A DNA stretch of 64,000 nucleotides, from NCBI GenBank assembly GCA_964476595.1, contig CAYZCL010000133.1:179-64178 (forward strand), written 5' to 3'. The DNA is from an uncultured Desulfobacteraceae bacterium. GTDB lineage: Bacteria; Desulfobacterota; Desulfobacteria; Desulfobacterales; JALSRD01. The notes under the pieces are model-generated. The model worked only from the letters and a program-made list of their open reading frames with translations. It searched no databases and was not told the origin of the DNA. The translations under genes and the position numbers were made by a program. Each line of letters opens with the position of its first letter. Position 1 is the first letter of the stretch. Below, in pieces: positions 1 to 9,595 of this stretch.

Positions 1-197
1 CCTATAGCGGGAATTATTTTCTACATATTTGTGTATTTATTGAAAAATACGGAATATCAGGTTGAAATTTTCCATGATATTGCAAAAGTGCCGGTTATGA
101 CGGACCTTCCCCTCCTTCCGGCTATATTCTCCCAGGAACCCAATTGCAAAGCGGCACCCGTGCCCGGGTTACGAACAGGCCCCTCGTTGCCGACTTT

Positions 198-665
198 TCA
201 CACCGCCTGTTTGCCGGTCAGTTCTTCAAAATCCACCCGCACCACCAGGGTCTTTCGGAGAACGTTCTCTTCGAAATCGAAGGTACCATCGGTGTAGTGG
301 GCCATGATGACGGCCAGGGCCTCCCTTCTGGCCCGGGGGTCTTCCACGAAGGAGGCGCGGCCGAAGCCGATGACGCTTTTGTAGGCCAGGCTCCAGTCGC
401 AGGCCTTTTCGGCCGGGAGCAGCTTCAGGTCGCAGTCGAACTGGACGCACACGCGGGGGTTTTTCCGCAGCATGTCCACCTTGCGGCCCCGGACGGCGCA
501 GTGGAAGTAGAGCGCGTTGTCCCGGTAGCCGAAACACAGCGGCACGATGTAGGGGGTGTCGCCGTCGGTCATGGCCAGGCGGCAGAAACGGGCGGCGGCG
601 ATGACGGCCTCCACGGCGGAGCGCCCTTCGATCTTTTTTTCCTTGCGTCGCAGTTCGAAGCTCAT
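198..665 (-). CDS. pyridoxamine 5'-phosphate oxidase-family (split-barrel flavin-binding) protein
   Basis: ORF 198..680(-). The ATG at 665 is preceded by an AGAGGA RBS. The sequence (..TPYIVPLCFGY..LYFHCA..) resembles PNPOx-like split-barrel proteins. Confidence 0.7.
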   Translation of the reverse strand: MSFELRRKEKKIEGRSAVEAVIAAARFCRLAMTDGDTPYIVPLCFGYRDNALYFHCAVRGRKVDMLRKNPRVCVQFDCDLKLLPAEKACDWSLAYKSVIGFGRASFVEDPRARREALAVIMAHYTDGTFDFEENVLRKTLVVRVDFEELTGKQAV

Positions 666-725
666 GAAATTCCTCTGCAAATCGGGTCCGGGGCAAAAAA
701 AGCGGCCGCTTTCGGCGGCCGCCGA

Positions 726-1424
726 TTATTCCAGCGACATCAGCGCTTCCCAGCGCTGGTACTCGGTGTCCACGGCCAGGCCGCGCTTTTTGAGCACATC
801 GATCATGGCGGGGTCGTTGAAGCGCAGGTAGGGGTTGACCTTCAGCTCATCGGCCAGGGTCGAGGTCACGTGGGCGGGGTCGTAGGCCGCCAGGTAGTCG
901 TCGATGTGCGGGTTTTCGGGCTCCACCAGGCGCGCGAACTTCATGGCGTAGTCCACGTAGTCGTGGCCGGCGTATACCCGGGTGTCGGGCGCAAAGGCCA
1001 TCAGGCGCTTGATGGACTCGTAGAAGGCGCGCAGGTTCCCCGTGAAGCAGTTGCCCACGGTGCCGTTGAACAGGGTGTCCCCGGTGACCAGGGCGCCGTC
1101 CAGGCGGAAGGTCACCGAATCGTCGGTGTGCCCGGGCGTGGGAAACACCTCGATGCGCTGGTTTTCCAGCCGGATCTCTCCCGCCGCGACCAGCTCGTGG
1201 TGCGTCAGCAGGCGCGCGCCCGTGGCCGCCAACAGCTCTGAAGTGCCGGCGGTGTGGTCGGGATGGCCGTGGGTGTGGGTGACCGCCGACAGGCCCAGGC
1301 CGTGGGCGGCCAGGAAATCGTAGATCTCGCGCACGGCGCCGCCGTCCACCGACACGGCTTCGCGCTCGCCGCAGATGAGATAGGCCAGATTGTCGGCCGA
1401 ATAGCGAAACTGCCGGATGCGCAT
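726..1424 (-). CDS. MBL-fold metallo-hydrolase (glyoxalase II-like)
   Basis: 232 aa with the HTHGHPDHTAG (HxHxDH) metal motif and downstream His/Asp ligands. Confidence 0.85.
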   Translation of the reverse strand: MRIRQFRYSADNLAYLICGEREAVSVDGGAVREIYDFLAAHGLGLSAVTHTHGHPDHTAGTSELLAATGARLLTHHELVAAGEIRLENQRIEVFPTPGHTDDSVTFRLDGALVTGDTLFNGTVGNCFTGNLRAFYESIKRLMAFAPDTRVYAGHDYVDYAMKFARLVEPENPHIDDYLAAYDPAHVTSTLADELKVNPYLRFNDPAMIDVLKKRGLAVDTEYQRWEALMSLE

Positions 1425-1615
1425 CGAGAATCCTTTCTGAAATCCGGTTTTCAGGACGTCGCCAGCCGCACGCCACCGCGTTCGAGGTTACTATCAACCC
1501 CGGCATTTTTCAAGGTGCTTTCCCGAAAACGACCCCGTCCCCGGCCCTTGTCAGCACGCCGCAATCAGGATATAGGAGACGGGTCGTCTGTAACCACACC
1601 CGCGGGCCGGAACCG

Positions 1616-2134
1616 ATGAGCGAATCCCCTTTACAGCAGGCCGCCGTGCGCAGCGCCCTGAACAGCGCCGCCGCCATGCTGGCGCGGCGGGACCACTCCT
1701 GCAGGGAGCTGCGGGAGAAGCTGCGGCGGCGCGGCTTCGACGGCCCCGTGGCCCGGGCCGCGGTGGACGAGTGCCTGCGCCTGGGGTACATCGACGAGCC
1801 CGGCGCGGCGCGGCGCTTCGCCGAAAGCCGCGCGCGCCGGGGATACGGGCCGCGCTACACGCGGCGGGCCCTTCAGAAGCACGGCTACGACGCCGCGCTC
1901 ATCGAAGAGGCCCTGGCGCCCTACGCGACGGAGGCGCGGCAGGCGGCCGACGCCCGGCGGGCCCTGGAAAAGAAACTGAGGAGCGGGCGGCCGGATCGCG
2001 ACCCGCGGCGCCGCAAGGAAAAACTGTACCGTTTCCTGTGCAACCGGGGGTTTTCGCCCCGGGTCGTGCGGCGGCTGCTGCTCGACGGCGTCACGGACCC
2101 GACGGCGGACCGGGACGACACGCCTTTGCGGTAA
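1616..2134 (+). CDS. recX: recombination regulator RecX
   Basis: 172 aa with repeated three-helix modules (..RDHSCRELREKLRRRGF.. / ..GYGPRYTRRALQKHGY.. / ..YRFLCNRGFSPRVVRRLL..) typical of RecX. Confidence 0.8.
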   Translation: MSESPLQQAAVRSALNSAAAMLARRDHSCRELREKLRRRGFDGPVARAAVDECLRLGYIDEPGAARRFAESRARRGYGPRYTRRALQKHGYDAALIEEALAPYATEARQAADARRALEKKLRSGRPDRDPRRRKEKLYRFLCNRGFSPRVVRRLLLDGVTDPTADRDDTPLR

Positions 2135-2196
2135 GGCGCGCCGACGCGCAACGCGCCTTCGCGCTCCCGCAGCAAACATCAACCGGAGGAGACCTC

Positions 2197-3045
2197 ATGC
2201 CCTACTCACCCGTGGACCTGTACCGCGACATCCTGCCCAGGACCAACTGCGGCGACTGCGGCTACCGCACCTGCCTGGCCTTTGCCAGCATGGTGGTCAG
2301 CGAAAAGGTCCCCATCGCCGACTGCCCCCACGTGGACGCGGACACGGCCGAAAAGGTTCAGCGGGAGCTGGACAAACAGCACGCCGCCGGCAAGTGGGTC
2401 AAGCGCGACATGGCCAAGGACGCCCTGGTGTGGGCCAAAGAGCGCGCCGCCTCCATGAAGATCGCGGACCTGCCGCCGCGCATCGGCGGGGAACTGGTGG
2501 AGGTGGACGGCAGGACGGCCCTGCGGCTGCCCTACTTCACCGGGCACATCCTGATCACCGAGGACGGGCTGCGGCTGGAAAAGGACGGTGCCGAGCTCAA
2601 CCGCTGGGAACAGGTTTTCATCTACAACCACCTGGCCCAGGGCGGCAGCGCCCGGCCCACCGGCAACTGGCGCGCGCTGGAGCAGATCCCCAACACCATC
2701 TCCAAGACCAAGAGCATGCGCGCCCACGTGGAGGCGCCGCTGGTGGAGCGCTTCGCGGGCCGGGTGGACGAACTGCGGCGCAGCGCCGCGCGGCTGGGCG
2801 CCGAGGACCTCACCGAGCAGGAGGGCAACGCCGACGCCGTGCTGCTGTTCCGCCCGCTGCCCCGCCTGCCGGTGATGGTGCGCTTCTGGGACGCCGAACC
2901 CGAGGAGGGCTTCGAGGCCCGCGTGCACCTGCTCTTCGACGAGACCATCACCGAGCACCTCGACGTGGAGTCCATCATGTTCCTGAGCGAGCGCATCCGC
3001 GAGCTGCTGTGCGACACCGCCGACGGCAAGCCGCTGCCGTTTTAA
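2197..3045 (+). CDS. Fe-S cluster domain (RnfB/CdhD-type CX2CX4C) plus DUF3786-like protein
   Basis: The ATG at 2197 follows a GGAGGAG RBS and lies inside the longer ORF 1771..3045. The N-terminus reads NCGDCGYRTCLAFA...CPH. Confidence 0.65.
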   Translation: MPYSPVDLYRDILPRTNCGDCGYRTCLAFASMVVSEKVPIADCPHVDADTAEKVQRELDKQHAAGKWVKRDMAKDALVWAKERAASMKIADLPPRIGGELVEVDGRTALRLPYFTGHILITEDGLRLEKDGAELNRWEQVFIYNHLAQGGSARPTGNWRALEQIPNTISKTKSMRAHVEAPLVERFAGRVDELRRSAARLGAEDLTEQEGNADAVLLFRPLPRLPVMVRFWDAEPEEGFEARVHLLFDETITEHLDVESIMFLSERIRELLCDTADGKPLPF

Positions 3046-3125
3046 AGGCCCGCACGGGCCCGCGGGCCGCGCCGACGGACGCCTTCCGCCACCACGCCGC
3101 AGCGCCCCGGCGGAGGGCAGCCGGC

Positions 3126-4088
3126 CTAGGGCTTTGCGGCCGGCAGCTCCACGGCCCACTGGTCCAGGGGCGGCGGGGCGCCGATCATGCCCTGCCGCTG
3201 CAGGAAGGTTGCGAAGCGCAGGTAGCGCGCGCGGTCCAGGGCGCCGGGCCGCAGGGCGAAGCGCGGCAGGGTGTCGCGCCAGGCGCGGCGGTTGAGCTCG
3301 TTGTCCAGGTCCCGGCGGCCGCGGATGAACAGCCGCCAGCTCTCGTCGGGGTGGTTGACCAGGTACTGCACGCCCTCTTCCAGCGCGTCCACGAAGGCGC
3401 GCATGCGCGGGTCGGACAGCCGCTCGCGGCGGCACTCCAGGATCAGCTCGTCGTAGGGCGGCACGCCGTTTTCCTCCACGAAAAAAGCCCTTCCGGGGTG
3501 CCCCTCCAGCGCCATCTGGTTGAGCTCGAAGTTGCGGAAGGCCCCGATGACGGCGTCGGTCTTGCCGGCCAGCAGCGAGGGCGACAGCGAGAAGTTGACG
3601 TTCACCAGCCGGATGTCCCTGAGCGTCAGGCCGGCGCGCGCCAGCATGGCCTTGAGCAGCACGGTCTCGAAGCCGCCGATGGAGTAGCCCACGGTGCGTC
3701 CCTTGAGATCGGCGATGCTTTTGATGTCGCTGTCGGCCAGCACCACCAGGGCGTTTAGCGGCGTGGCCACCAGGGTGGCGATGCGCACCAGGGGCAGCCC
3801 CTGGTCCACCTGCAGGTGCAGCTGCTGCTGGTAGGAGACCGCGATGTCGGCCTTGCCGGCCGCCACCAGCTTGGGCGGATCGTTGGGGTTGGAGGGGGCG
3901 ATGAGCTCCACCTGCAGCCCCCGCCGGCTGAAAAAGCCCTTTTCCTGGGCCACGAACAGCGGCCCGTGGTCCGGGTTGACGAACCAGTCCAGCAGCACGG
4001 TCAGTTTCTCACCGGCCGCCGCCGGGGTCGAAAACGGCAAAAGGCCGCACAGCACCGTCAGCACGGTAACGACACGCAACCATTTCAT
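3126..4088 (-). CDS. ABC transporter substrate-binding protein, NMT1/THI5 (ThiY-like, HMP precursor) family
   Basis: True start is MKWLRVV, residue 181 of ORF 3126..4628. It has a signal peptide followed by LTVLLDWFVNPDHGPLFVA, the NMT1/THI5 signature. It is the last gene of the thi operon. Confidence 0.8.
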   Translation of the reverse strand: MKWLRVVTVLTVLCGLLPFSTPAAAGEKLTVLLDWFVNPDHGPLFVAQEKGFFSRRGLQVELIAPSNPNDPPKLVAAGKADIAVSYQQQLHLQVDQGLPLVRIATLVATPLNALVVLADSDIKSIADLKGRTVGYSIGGFETVLLKAMLARAGLTLRDIRLVNVNFSLSPSLLAGKTDAVIGAFRNFELNQMALEGHPGRAFFVEENGVPPYDELILECRRERLSDPRMRAFVDALEEGVQYLVNHPDESWRLFIRGRRDLDNELNRRAWRDTLPRFALRPGALDRARYLRFATFLQRQGMIGAPPPLDQWAVELPAAKP

Positions 4089-4090
4089 TT

Positions 4091-4849
4091 TCACAACTCC
4101 TGTTCTTCTTCCGTCTGCCAGTAGACCAGTCTTTTCAGGCCCCGGTCCACCGAGAAGTAAAGCGCCAGCGCCATGGCCACCACCAGGGCCAGGGCCGCGA
4201 ACATGAGGTCGGTCTGCATGCGCGCGTTGGCGTGCAGCATGTAGAACCCCAGCCCGGCCGAAGAGCCCACCCACTCGCCCACGATGGCGCCGATGGGGGC
4301 CACGGCCGTGGCCACGCGCAGGCCCGAGGCGAAGGCCGGCAGGGCCGCCGGCAGCCGGATGTGGGTCAGCACGGCCCGCGGCGGGGCGTCCATCACGCGC
4401 GCCAGCTCCAGCCACTCGGGGTCGGTGCGCCGCAGGCCGTCGTAGAAGGCGGCCGTCACCGGGAAAAAGATGATCAGCACCGCCATGGTCACCTTGGAGC
4501 CCATGCCGTAGCCCAGCCACAGGATCAGCAGCGGCGCCAGGGCGAAGACCGGCACGGCCTGGCTCATGACCAGCAGCGGCAGCAGCCAGCGCTTGACCGA
4601 CCGCGAGGCCGTCATGGTCAGGGCGCATCCCGCGCCCAGCACGGTTCCCAGAATCAGCCCCAGCACGATCTCCACCAGGGTGATGCCGGCGTGGTGCGCC
4701 AGCGTCTGCCAGTGGGTGACGAAAACGGCCGCGATGCGCAGCGGGCCCGGCAGGATGTAGCGCGGCACGCCGGTCACGGCCACCAGCAGCTGCCAGGCGG
4801 CCAGCAGGCCGGCCGTGACGATCAGCGGGCGCAGCAGGGCGCGCTTCAC
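4091..4849 (-). CDS. ABC transporter permease (NitT/TauT family, ThiX-like)
   Basis: 252 aa, multi-pass hydrophobic, with an EAA-like loop. Its GTG start overlaps the stop of the upstream ATPase gene (GTGA). Confidence 0.85.
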   Translation of the reverse strand: MKRALLRPLIVTAGLLAAWQLLVAVTGVPRYILPGPLRIAAVFVTHWQTLAHHAGITLVEIVLGLILGTVLGAGCALTMTASRSVKRWLLPLLVMSQAVPVFALAPLLILWLGYGMGSKVTMAVLIIFFPVTAAFYDGLRRTDPEWLELARVMDAPPRAVLTHIRLPAALPAFASGLRVATAVAPIGAIVGEWVGSSAGLGFYMLHANARMQTDLMFAALALVVAMALALYFSVDRGLKRLVYWQTEEEQEL

Positions 4850-5586
4850 GCCGCCCCCGTGAGCCGGCCGAGCAGCTCGGCGTGCATGCCCGCCACCACG
4901 GGGTCGTCCACCTGGCGCGGCGGGTCGCCGGGCGGCTGCAGGGCCGGGCCCATCTTCACGGGCGAACCGCTCATGACGTGGATGCGGTGTCCCAGGCGCA
5001 GGGCCTCCAGCGGGTCGTGGGTCACCAGCACCACCGTGGCGCCGCGCAGCATGCCGGCCGCCAGGTCCTGGAGCCGGGTGCGCGTGATGGCGTCCAGGGC
5101 CGAGAAAGGTTCGTCCATCAGGATCACCGGCCGCTCCTCCATGAGGGTGCGCAGCAGGGCCGCCCGCTGGCGCATACCGCCCGAAAGTCTGTCCGGCAGG
5201 TCGCCGGCGCAGTGCCCAAGGCCCACGGCCTGCAGCAGGTCGCGGGCCTTTTGCCGGCGCTCGGGCGTCACGCCGCCGCGCAGCCGGTCGCCCAGCAGCA
5301 CGTTGTCCAGCACGCTCAGCCAGGGCAGCAGCAGGTCCTTCTGGGCCATCCAGGCGGTCTGGCCGCGGCCGCGCGGCGTGCCGTCGAAACGGATGCTGCC
5401 GGACACCCCCCGCCGCAGGCTGCCGGAGATCAGGCGCAGCAGGGTGGACTTGCCGCAGCCCGAAGGGCCCAGCAGGCAGGTCCAGCCGCCGGCGCGGATG
5501 TGAAAGTCCATCTCCCGGAACAGCACGGTGCCCGGGAAGGAAAAGGAGACCTTCTCCAGGTCAATATCCGGGGCCGCGGGCTGCAT
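4846..5586 (-). CDS. ABC transporter ATP-binding protein (ThiZ-like)
   Basis: Walker A GPSGCGKST, signature LSGGMRQR and Walker B ILMDEP. Confidence 0.9.
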   Translation of the reverse strand: MQPAAPDIDLEKVSFSFPGTVLFREMDFHIRAGGWTCLLGPSGCGKSTLLRLISGSLRRGVSGSIRFDGTPRGRGQTAWMAQKDLLLPWLSVLDNVLLGDRLRGGVTPERRQKARDLLQAVGLGHCAGDLPDRLSGGMRQRAALLRTLMEERPVILMDEPFSALDAITRTRLQDLAAGMLRGATVVLVTHDPLEALRLGHRIHVMSGSPVKMGPALQPPGDPPRQVDDPVVAGMHAELLGRLTGAA

Positions 5587-5592
5587 GGGAAC

Positions 5593-6423
5593 CTACTTCC
5601 AGAAATCGAAGAAATGATGCACCGGGCCATGGCCGGCGCCCAGGCGGTAGCCGGCGCCGGCGCGGATGGCGGCCGTGATGTAGTCCTTGGCGCCCCGCAC
5701 GGCCGCCTCCAGCTCCAGGCCGCGGGCCAGGTGGGCGGCCACGGCCGACGACAGGGTGCAGCCGGTGCCGTGGTTGTTGCGCGTCTCGACCGCCTCGCCC
5801 GCCAGCACCACCGTGCGGTCCCCGTCCGCCAGGTAGAGCACGTCGGTGCTGCGCAGCGCCTCCCGGTGGCCGCCCTTGAGCAGTACGGCCCGGCAGCCCA
5901 GCGCCGCCAGGTCGCGGGCCGCGGCGCGCATGTCGTCGAGACCGAGAATCTCGCGCCCCAGCAGCACGGCGGCCTCGGGCAGGTTGGGCGTCACCACGTC
6001 GGCCAGCGGCAGCAGGCGCGTCGCCAGGGCCTGCACGGCGTCGTCTTCCAGCAGGCGGTCGCCGCTCTGGGCCACCATGACCGGGTCCAGCACGATGTTG
6101 GCGGCCCCGTGTTCTTCCAGCCCGCGCGCCACGGTCTCGATGAGCGGCGCGGAAAACAGCATGCCGATCTTGACGGCGTCGGCGCCGATATCGCCGAACA
6201 CGGCCGCCATCTGCTGCGCCACGAAGTCCTCGGGAACCGGGTGGATGGCGGTCACGCCGGTGGTGTTCTGGGCCGTCAGGGCCGTGATGACGGTCATGCC
6301 GTAGCAGCCCAGGGCCGAAAAGGTCTTCAGATCGGCCTGGATGCCGGCCCCGCCCCCGCTGTCCGAGCCGGCGATGGTCAGCGCCCGGTGGTAGGTGCGT
6401 TCAGGCTTGCCGCGTGTTTCCAT
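5593..6423 (-). CDS. thiD: hydroxymethylpyrimidine/phosphomethylpyrimidine kinase
   Basis: Start is METRGK, residue 71 of ORF 5593..6633. It has LTIAGSDSGGGAGIQADLKTF and ..NHGTGCTLSSA.. motifs. Confidence 0.9.
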   Translation of the reverse strand: METRGKPERTYHRALTIAGSDSGGGAGIQADLKTFSALGCYGMTVITALTAQNTTGVTAIHPVPEDFVAQQMAAVFGDIGADAVKIGMLFSAPLIETVARGLEEHGAANIVLDPVMVAQSGDRLLEDDAVQALATRLLPLADVVTPNLPEAAVLLGREILGLDDMRAAARDLAALGCRAVLLKGGHREALRSTDVLYLADGDRTVVLAGEAVETRNNHGTGCTLSSAVAAHLARGLELEAAVRGAKDYITAAIRAGAGYRLGAGHGPVHHFFDFWK

Positions 6424-7444
6424 GATCTGCTCCTGTCTTGAAGTGGTCCCAGCCCCGCGGGCGGACCTCCCGGCGGCGGCCGTCGGCGGCGACGATCTCC
6501 AGGCGTCCGGTGCCGGTGATCTCGCCGATGACGTGAAGCGGCCGGCCGAAGGCCCGCCGGTAACGGTCGGCCACGGCCCGGGCCCGCTCCGGCGCCAGGG
6601 TGACCACCAGCACGTAGTCCTCGCCGCCGGCAAGGGCCATGTCCGCGGGGTCCTGCCCGAAACGCCGGCAGAAGCGGCGCAGGTGGTCCGAGACGGGCAG
6701 CTTTGCGGCGTGGATCACGGCGCCGGCGCCGCTGGCCGCCAGGATGTGTCCCAGGTCGGCGCCCAGCCCGTCGCTGACGTCGATGGCGGCCGTGGCCGCG
6801 CCGCAGGCGGCCAGGAAGCGGCCCTCGGCCAGGTGGGGCCGGGGCAACAGGTGCGCCTTCACCAGGGTCGCCAGGTCGGGCGTGTCGGCGGCGCGGTTTT
6901 CCAGGATGAGCTGCAGCCCGGCGCGGCTGTCGCCCAGGGGGCCGGTGCAGCAGACGACGTCACCGGGCCGCGCGCCGTCGCGCCGCAGCATCTCTTCTTC
7001 CGGCACCGAGCCGGTCACGGCCACATTGATCACCAGGTCGGCTTTGGAGCCCGTGGTGTCGCCGCCCAGGATGTTGACGCCGTGTTCGACGGCCTGGCGG
7101 CGCATGCCGCGGTAGAGTTCCTCGAGGTAGTCCAGGGGGCAGTCGCGGGGCACGGCGATGCTCACGAAGGCCGCCTGGGCCGTGCCGCCCATGGCCGCGA
7201 TGTCGCTCAGGTTGACCGCCAGCGCCTTGACGCCCAGCTCGAACCCGCCGGCCGCCGAACGCAGGAAGTGCACGCGTTCGACCAGCAGGTCGGTGGTCAC
7301 CAGGGTCAGTTCGCCGGCCGGCGGCACGAAGGCCGCCGCGTCGTCGCCGATGGCCCGCACCACGCCGGCGTCGTTCACCACGCAGCCGCGCCGGATGCGC
7401 GCGATGAAACCGAACTCGCCGATGTCCTCCAGTCCCGCCGCCAC
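6401..7444 (-). CDS. thiL: thiamine-monophosphate kinase
   Basis: 347 aa with an AIR-synthase-like fold (EFGFI..IGDDAA.. and DVSDGL motifs). GTG start; overlaps thiD by 23 nt. Confidence 0.85.
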   Translation of the reverse strand: MAAGLEDIGEFGFIARIRRGCVVNDAGVVRAIGDDAAAFVPPAGELTLVTTDLLVERVHFLRSAAGGFELGVKALAVNLSDIAAMGGTAQAAFVSIAVPRDCPLDYLEELYRGMRRQAVEHGVNILGGDTTGSKADLVINVAVTGSVPEEEMLRRDGARPGDVVCCTGPLGDSRAGLQLILENRAADTPDLATLVKAHLLPRPHLAEGRFLAACGAATAAIDVSDGLGADLGHILAASGAGAVIHAAKLPVSDHLRRFCRRFGQDPADMALAGGEDYVLVVTLAPERARAVADRYRRAFGRPLHVIGEITGTGRLEIVAADGRRREVRPRGWDHFKTGADHGNTRQA

Positions 7445-7445
7445 G

Positions 7446-8096
7446 TCAGGCCCGCTCCCGCCGGGCCTCCCGGATGATCTCCGAAAGCTCGCGGGCGGCC
7501 TTTTCGGGGTCCTCGGCCGCCACGATGGCCGACACCACGGCGATGCCGTCGGCGCCGCTTTTCACCACCTCGGCCACGTTGTCGGGCTTGAGCCCGCCGA
7601 TGGCCACCAGCGGGATGTCCACCGCCGCTCGGATGTCGCGCAGCCCCTCCAGGCCCAGAGCCGGCGCCGTGTCGGTCTTGGTGTCGGTCTCGTAGATGGG
7701 GCTCACGCCGATGTAATCGGCCCCGCCGCGCTCGGCCGCCACCGCGTTTTCCAGCGACTCGGCCGAGATGCCGATGCACATGCCGTCCCCGGCGATGCGC
7801 CGCGCCATCTCCAGGGGCATGTCGCTCTGGCCCAGGTGCACGCCGTCGGCCGCCACGGCCAGGGCCACGTCCAGGCGGTCGTTGATGATCAGGGGCACCC
7901 CCGCGGACTTCAGGAAATCCCGGATGGCCAGGGCCTCGCGGATGAACTCGCGGGTGCCGTACTCCTTTTCGCGCAGCTGAACGCAGGTCGCCCCGCCGCG
8001 CACGGCGGCCTGCACGATCTCCAGGGTCGTGCGGCCCCTGGAGAGCCGGCGGTCCGTCACCAGGTAGAGCGTGTAATCAAAGGCAGCCGCTTCCAT
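7446..8096 (-). CDS. thiE: thiamine phosphate synthase
   Basis: 216 aa with LYLVTD, VQLREK, DGVHLGQ and ADYIGVSPI motifs. Confidence 0.9.
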   Translation of the reverse strand: MEAAAFDYTLYLVTDRRLSRGRTTLEIVQAAVRGGATCVQLREKEYGTREFIREALAIRDFLKSAGVPLIINDRLDVALAVAADGVHLGQSDMPLEMARRIAGDGMCIGISAESLENAVAAERGGADYIGVSPIYETDTKTDTAPALGLEGLRDIRAAVDIPLVAIGGLKPDNVAEVVKSGADGIAVVSAIVAAEDPEKAARELSEIIREARRERA

Positions 8097-8105
8097 GCAA
8101 ACCTC

Positions 8106-8909
8106 TCATTGGTCGAACCGGGCGCCTTGCGCCAGGTCCCCGGGGGTGATGGTGTAGAGCGCGTCGATGAGTGCCGTCTGGAAACTGCCCGGCGCGGCGG
8201 CCTGCTCGGCGGCCCTCTGCCCGGCCAGGCCGAAAAAGGCCAGCGCCGCCGCCGTGGCCGTCGCCGGGTCGTCGTCCACGGCCAAAAAGGCCCCGATGGT
8301 GGCCGTGGCCGCGCAGCCGGTGCCGGTGACATACCCCATGAGTTCGTGCCCGTTGGACACCCGGATCACCCGCCGGCCGTCGGTCACCAGGTCGGTGGGG
8401 CCGGTGATGGCCAGCGTGGTGCCCAGCTCCTGGGCCAGCACCCCCGCGGCCTCGGCGGCCTCGTCCACCGAGTGCATGGCGTCCACGCCGCGGGTGCGCG
8501 AATCCTCGCTGCGCAGCGAGAGGATCTCCGAGGCGTTGCCGCGGATGACGCTGACCTTCACCTCGTCGATGATGCGCCTGGCCGAGGCGGTGCGAAAGGC
8601 GGTGGCGCCGGAGCCCACCGGGTCCAGCACGACCGGCGTGCCCAGGCGGTTGGCCTTTTTGCCGGCCTTGATCATGGCGTCCACCCAGGTGTCGGTGAGC
8701 GTGCCGATGTTGAGCACCAGGGCGCCGGCGAAGGACACCATCTCCTCGACCTCCTTTTCGGCGTGGGCCATCACCGGCGAGGCGCCCATGGCCAGCAGGG
8801 TGTTGGCGGTGGTGTTCATGACCACGAAGTTGGTGATGTTGTGCACCAGTGGTTTCTTCTCCCGGACGGCCGCCAGGTCGCGGCGGGCCTGTTCTGTCAG
8901 TGTGGACAT
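8106..8909 (-). CDS. thiM: hydroxyethylthiazole kinase
   Basis: Start is MSTLTEQ, residue 25 of ORF 8106..8981. It has PLVHNITNFVVMNTTAN and VTGTGC motifs. Confidence 0.9.
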   Translation of the reverse strand: MSTLTEQARRDLAAVREKKPLVHNITNFVVMNTTANTLLAMGASPVMAHAEKEVEEMVSFAGALVLNIGTLTDTWVDAMIKAGKKANRLGTPVVLDPVGSGATAFRTASARRIIDEVKVSVIRGNASEILSLRSEDSRTRGVDAMHSVDEAAEAAGVLAQELGTTLAITGPTDLVTDGRRVIRVSNGHELMGYVTGTGCAATATIGAFLAVDDDPATATAAALAFFGLAGQRAAEQAAAPGSFQTALIDALYTITPGDLAQGARFDQ

Positions 8910-8932
8910 GGCGCTGTTCCCCCCTTGAAATG

Positions 8933-8962
8933 AAAAAAGGCCGTCTCCCGGAGGAAACGGCC
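8933..8962 (-). terminator. intrinsic terminator forming the expression platform of the TPP riboswitch
   Basis: The minus-strand RNA GGCCGUUUCCUCCGGGAGACGGCC folds as a 10-bp stem with a 4-nt loop, followed directly by UUUUUU. It lies between the aptamer and the thiM RBS. Confidence 0.6.
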
Positions 8963-8984
8963 CTCTGCGCCCTTGCGGCAATCT

Positions 8985-9070
8985 ACTCGTCTGCTCCCTA
9001 CGCCGGCATTACCCGGATCAGGTTCAACGGGTATAATCTCAGGCTGACAAGCCACCCCAGGAAACGATTC
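8985..9070 (-). promoter_or_regulatory. TPP (THI-box) riboswitch aptamer
   Basis: The minus strand reads CUGGGGUGGCUUGUCAGCCUGAGAUUAUACCCGUUGAACCUGAUCCGGGUAAUGCCGGCGUAGGGAG. This contains the conserved GGGGUG, CUGAGA, ACCC, GAACCUGAUC, UAAUGCC and GCGUAGGGA elements. Confidence 0.88.
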
Positions 9071-9120
9071 GGTCCTATCGCAAAATACGGCAAGCGGCCG
9101 ACGCTGTCAACCGCCGCGCT

Positions 9121-9537
9121 TCATTCACCGGCCGGCAGCTGGCCGGCGTCCCGCAGCGCCGCCACGGCGCGGTCGTTGTCCGAAAAGCGGAACACCATCA
9201 CGGCGGTGCCGGGCGTCTGGCTGGCGGCGGTGTACGTGTAGTCGATCTGGACATCGGCGGCCTTCAGGGCGTCGAGCATGCGGCCCAGGCTGCCGGGCTT
9301 GTCGTCGGTCTCGACCACCACCACGTCGTTGACCACGGCGGTGATGCTGCGGTCCTGCAGAACCGCCACGGCCCGCTCGGGCCGGGACACGATCATGCGC
9401 AGCTTGCAGTGGCCGTCGCCGTTGTCCACCAGGCAGTGGGCGCGGATGTCGATGCCCTGCGCGCCCAGGTGGGAAATGACGTCACTGACCTGCCGGGCGG
9501 CGCTTCCGGTCAACACGGTCAATTGCTTGGCGTTCAT
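9121..9537 (-). CDS. ACT domain-containing protein (tandem ACT)
   Basis: 138 aa with two beta-alpha-beta-beta-alpha-beta-like halves (..ISHLGAQGIDIRA.. / ..DKPGSLGRMLDALKAADVQI..). Confidence 0.7.
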   Translation of the reverse strand: MNAKQLTVLTGSAARQVSDVISHLGAQGIDIRAHCLVDNGDGHCKLRMIVSRPERAVAVLQDRSITAVVNDVVVVETDDKPGSLGRMLDALKAADVQIDYTYTAASQTPGTAVMVFRFSDNDRAVAALRDAGQLPAGE

Positions 9538-9595
9538 GGAATCCGTCTTCCTCCCTCTCGCTTCTCAATCTGTCGCAATCGTTCCAAACAGGGAC

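Noticed and set aside
1-140. AT-rich stretch at the window edge as the boundary of another island.
   Set aside because: Too little sequence to judge. It could simply be a promoter or terminator region beyond the PNPOx-like gene.
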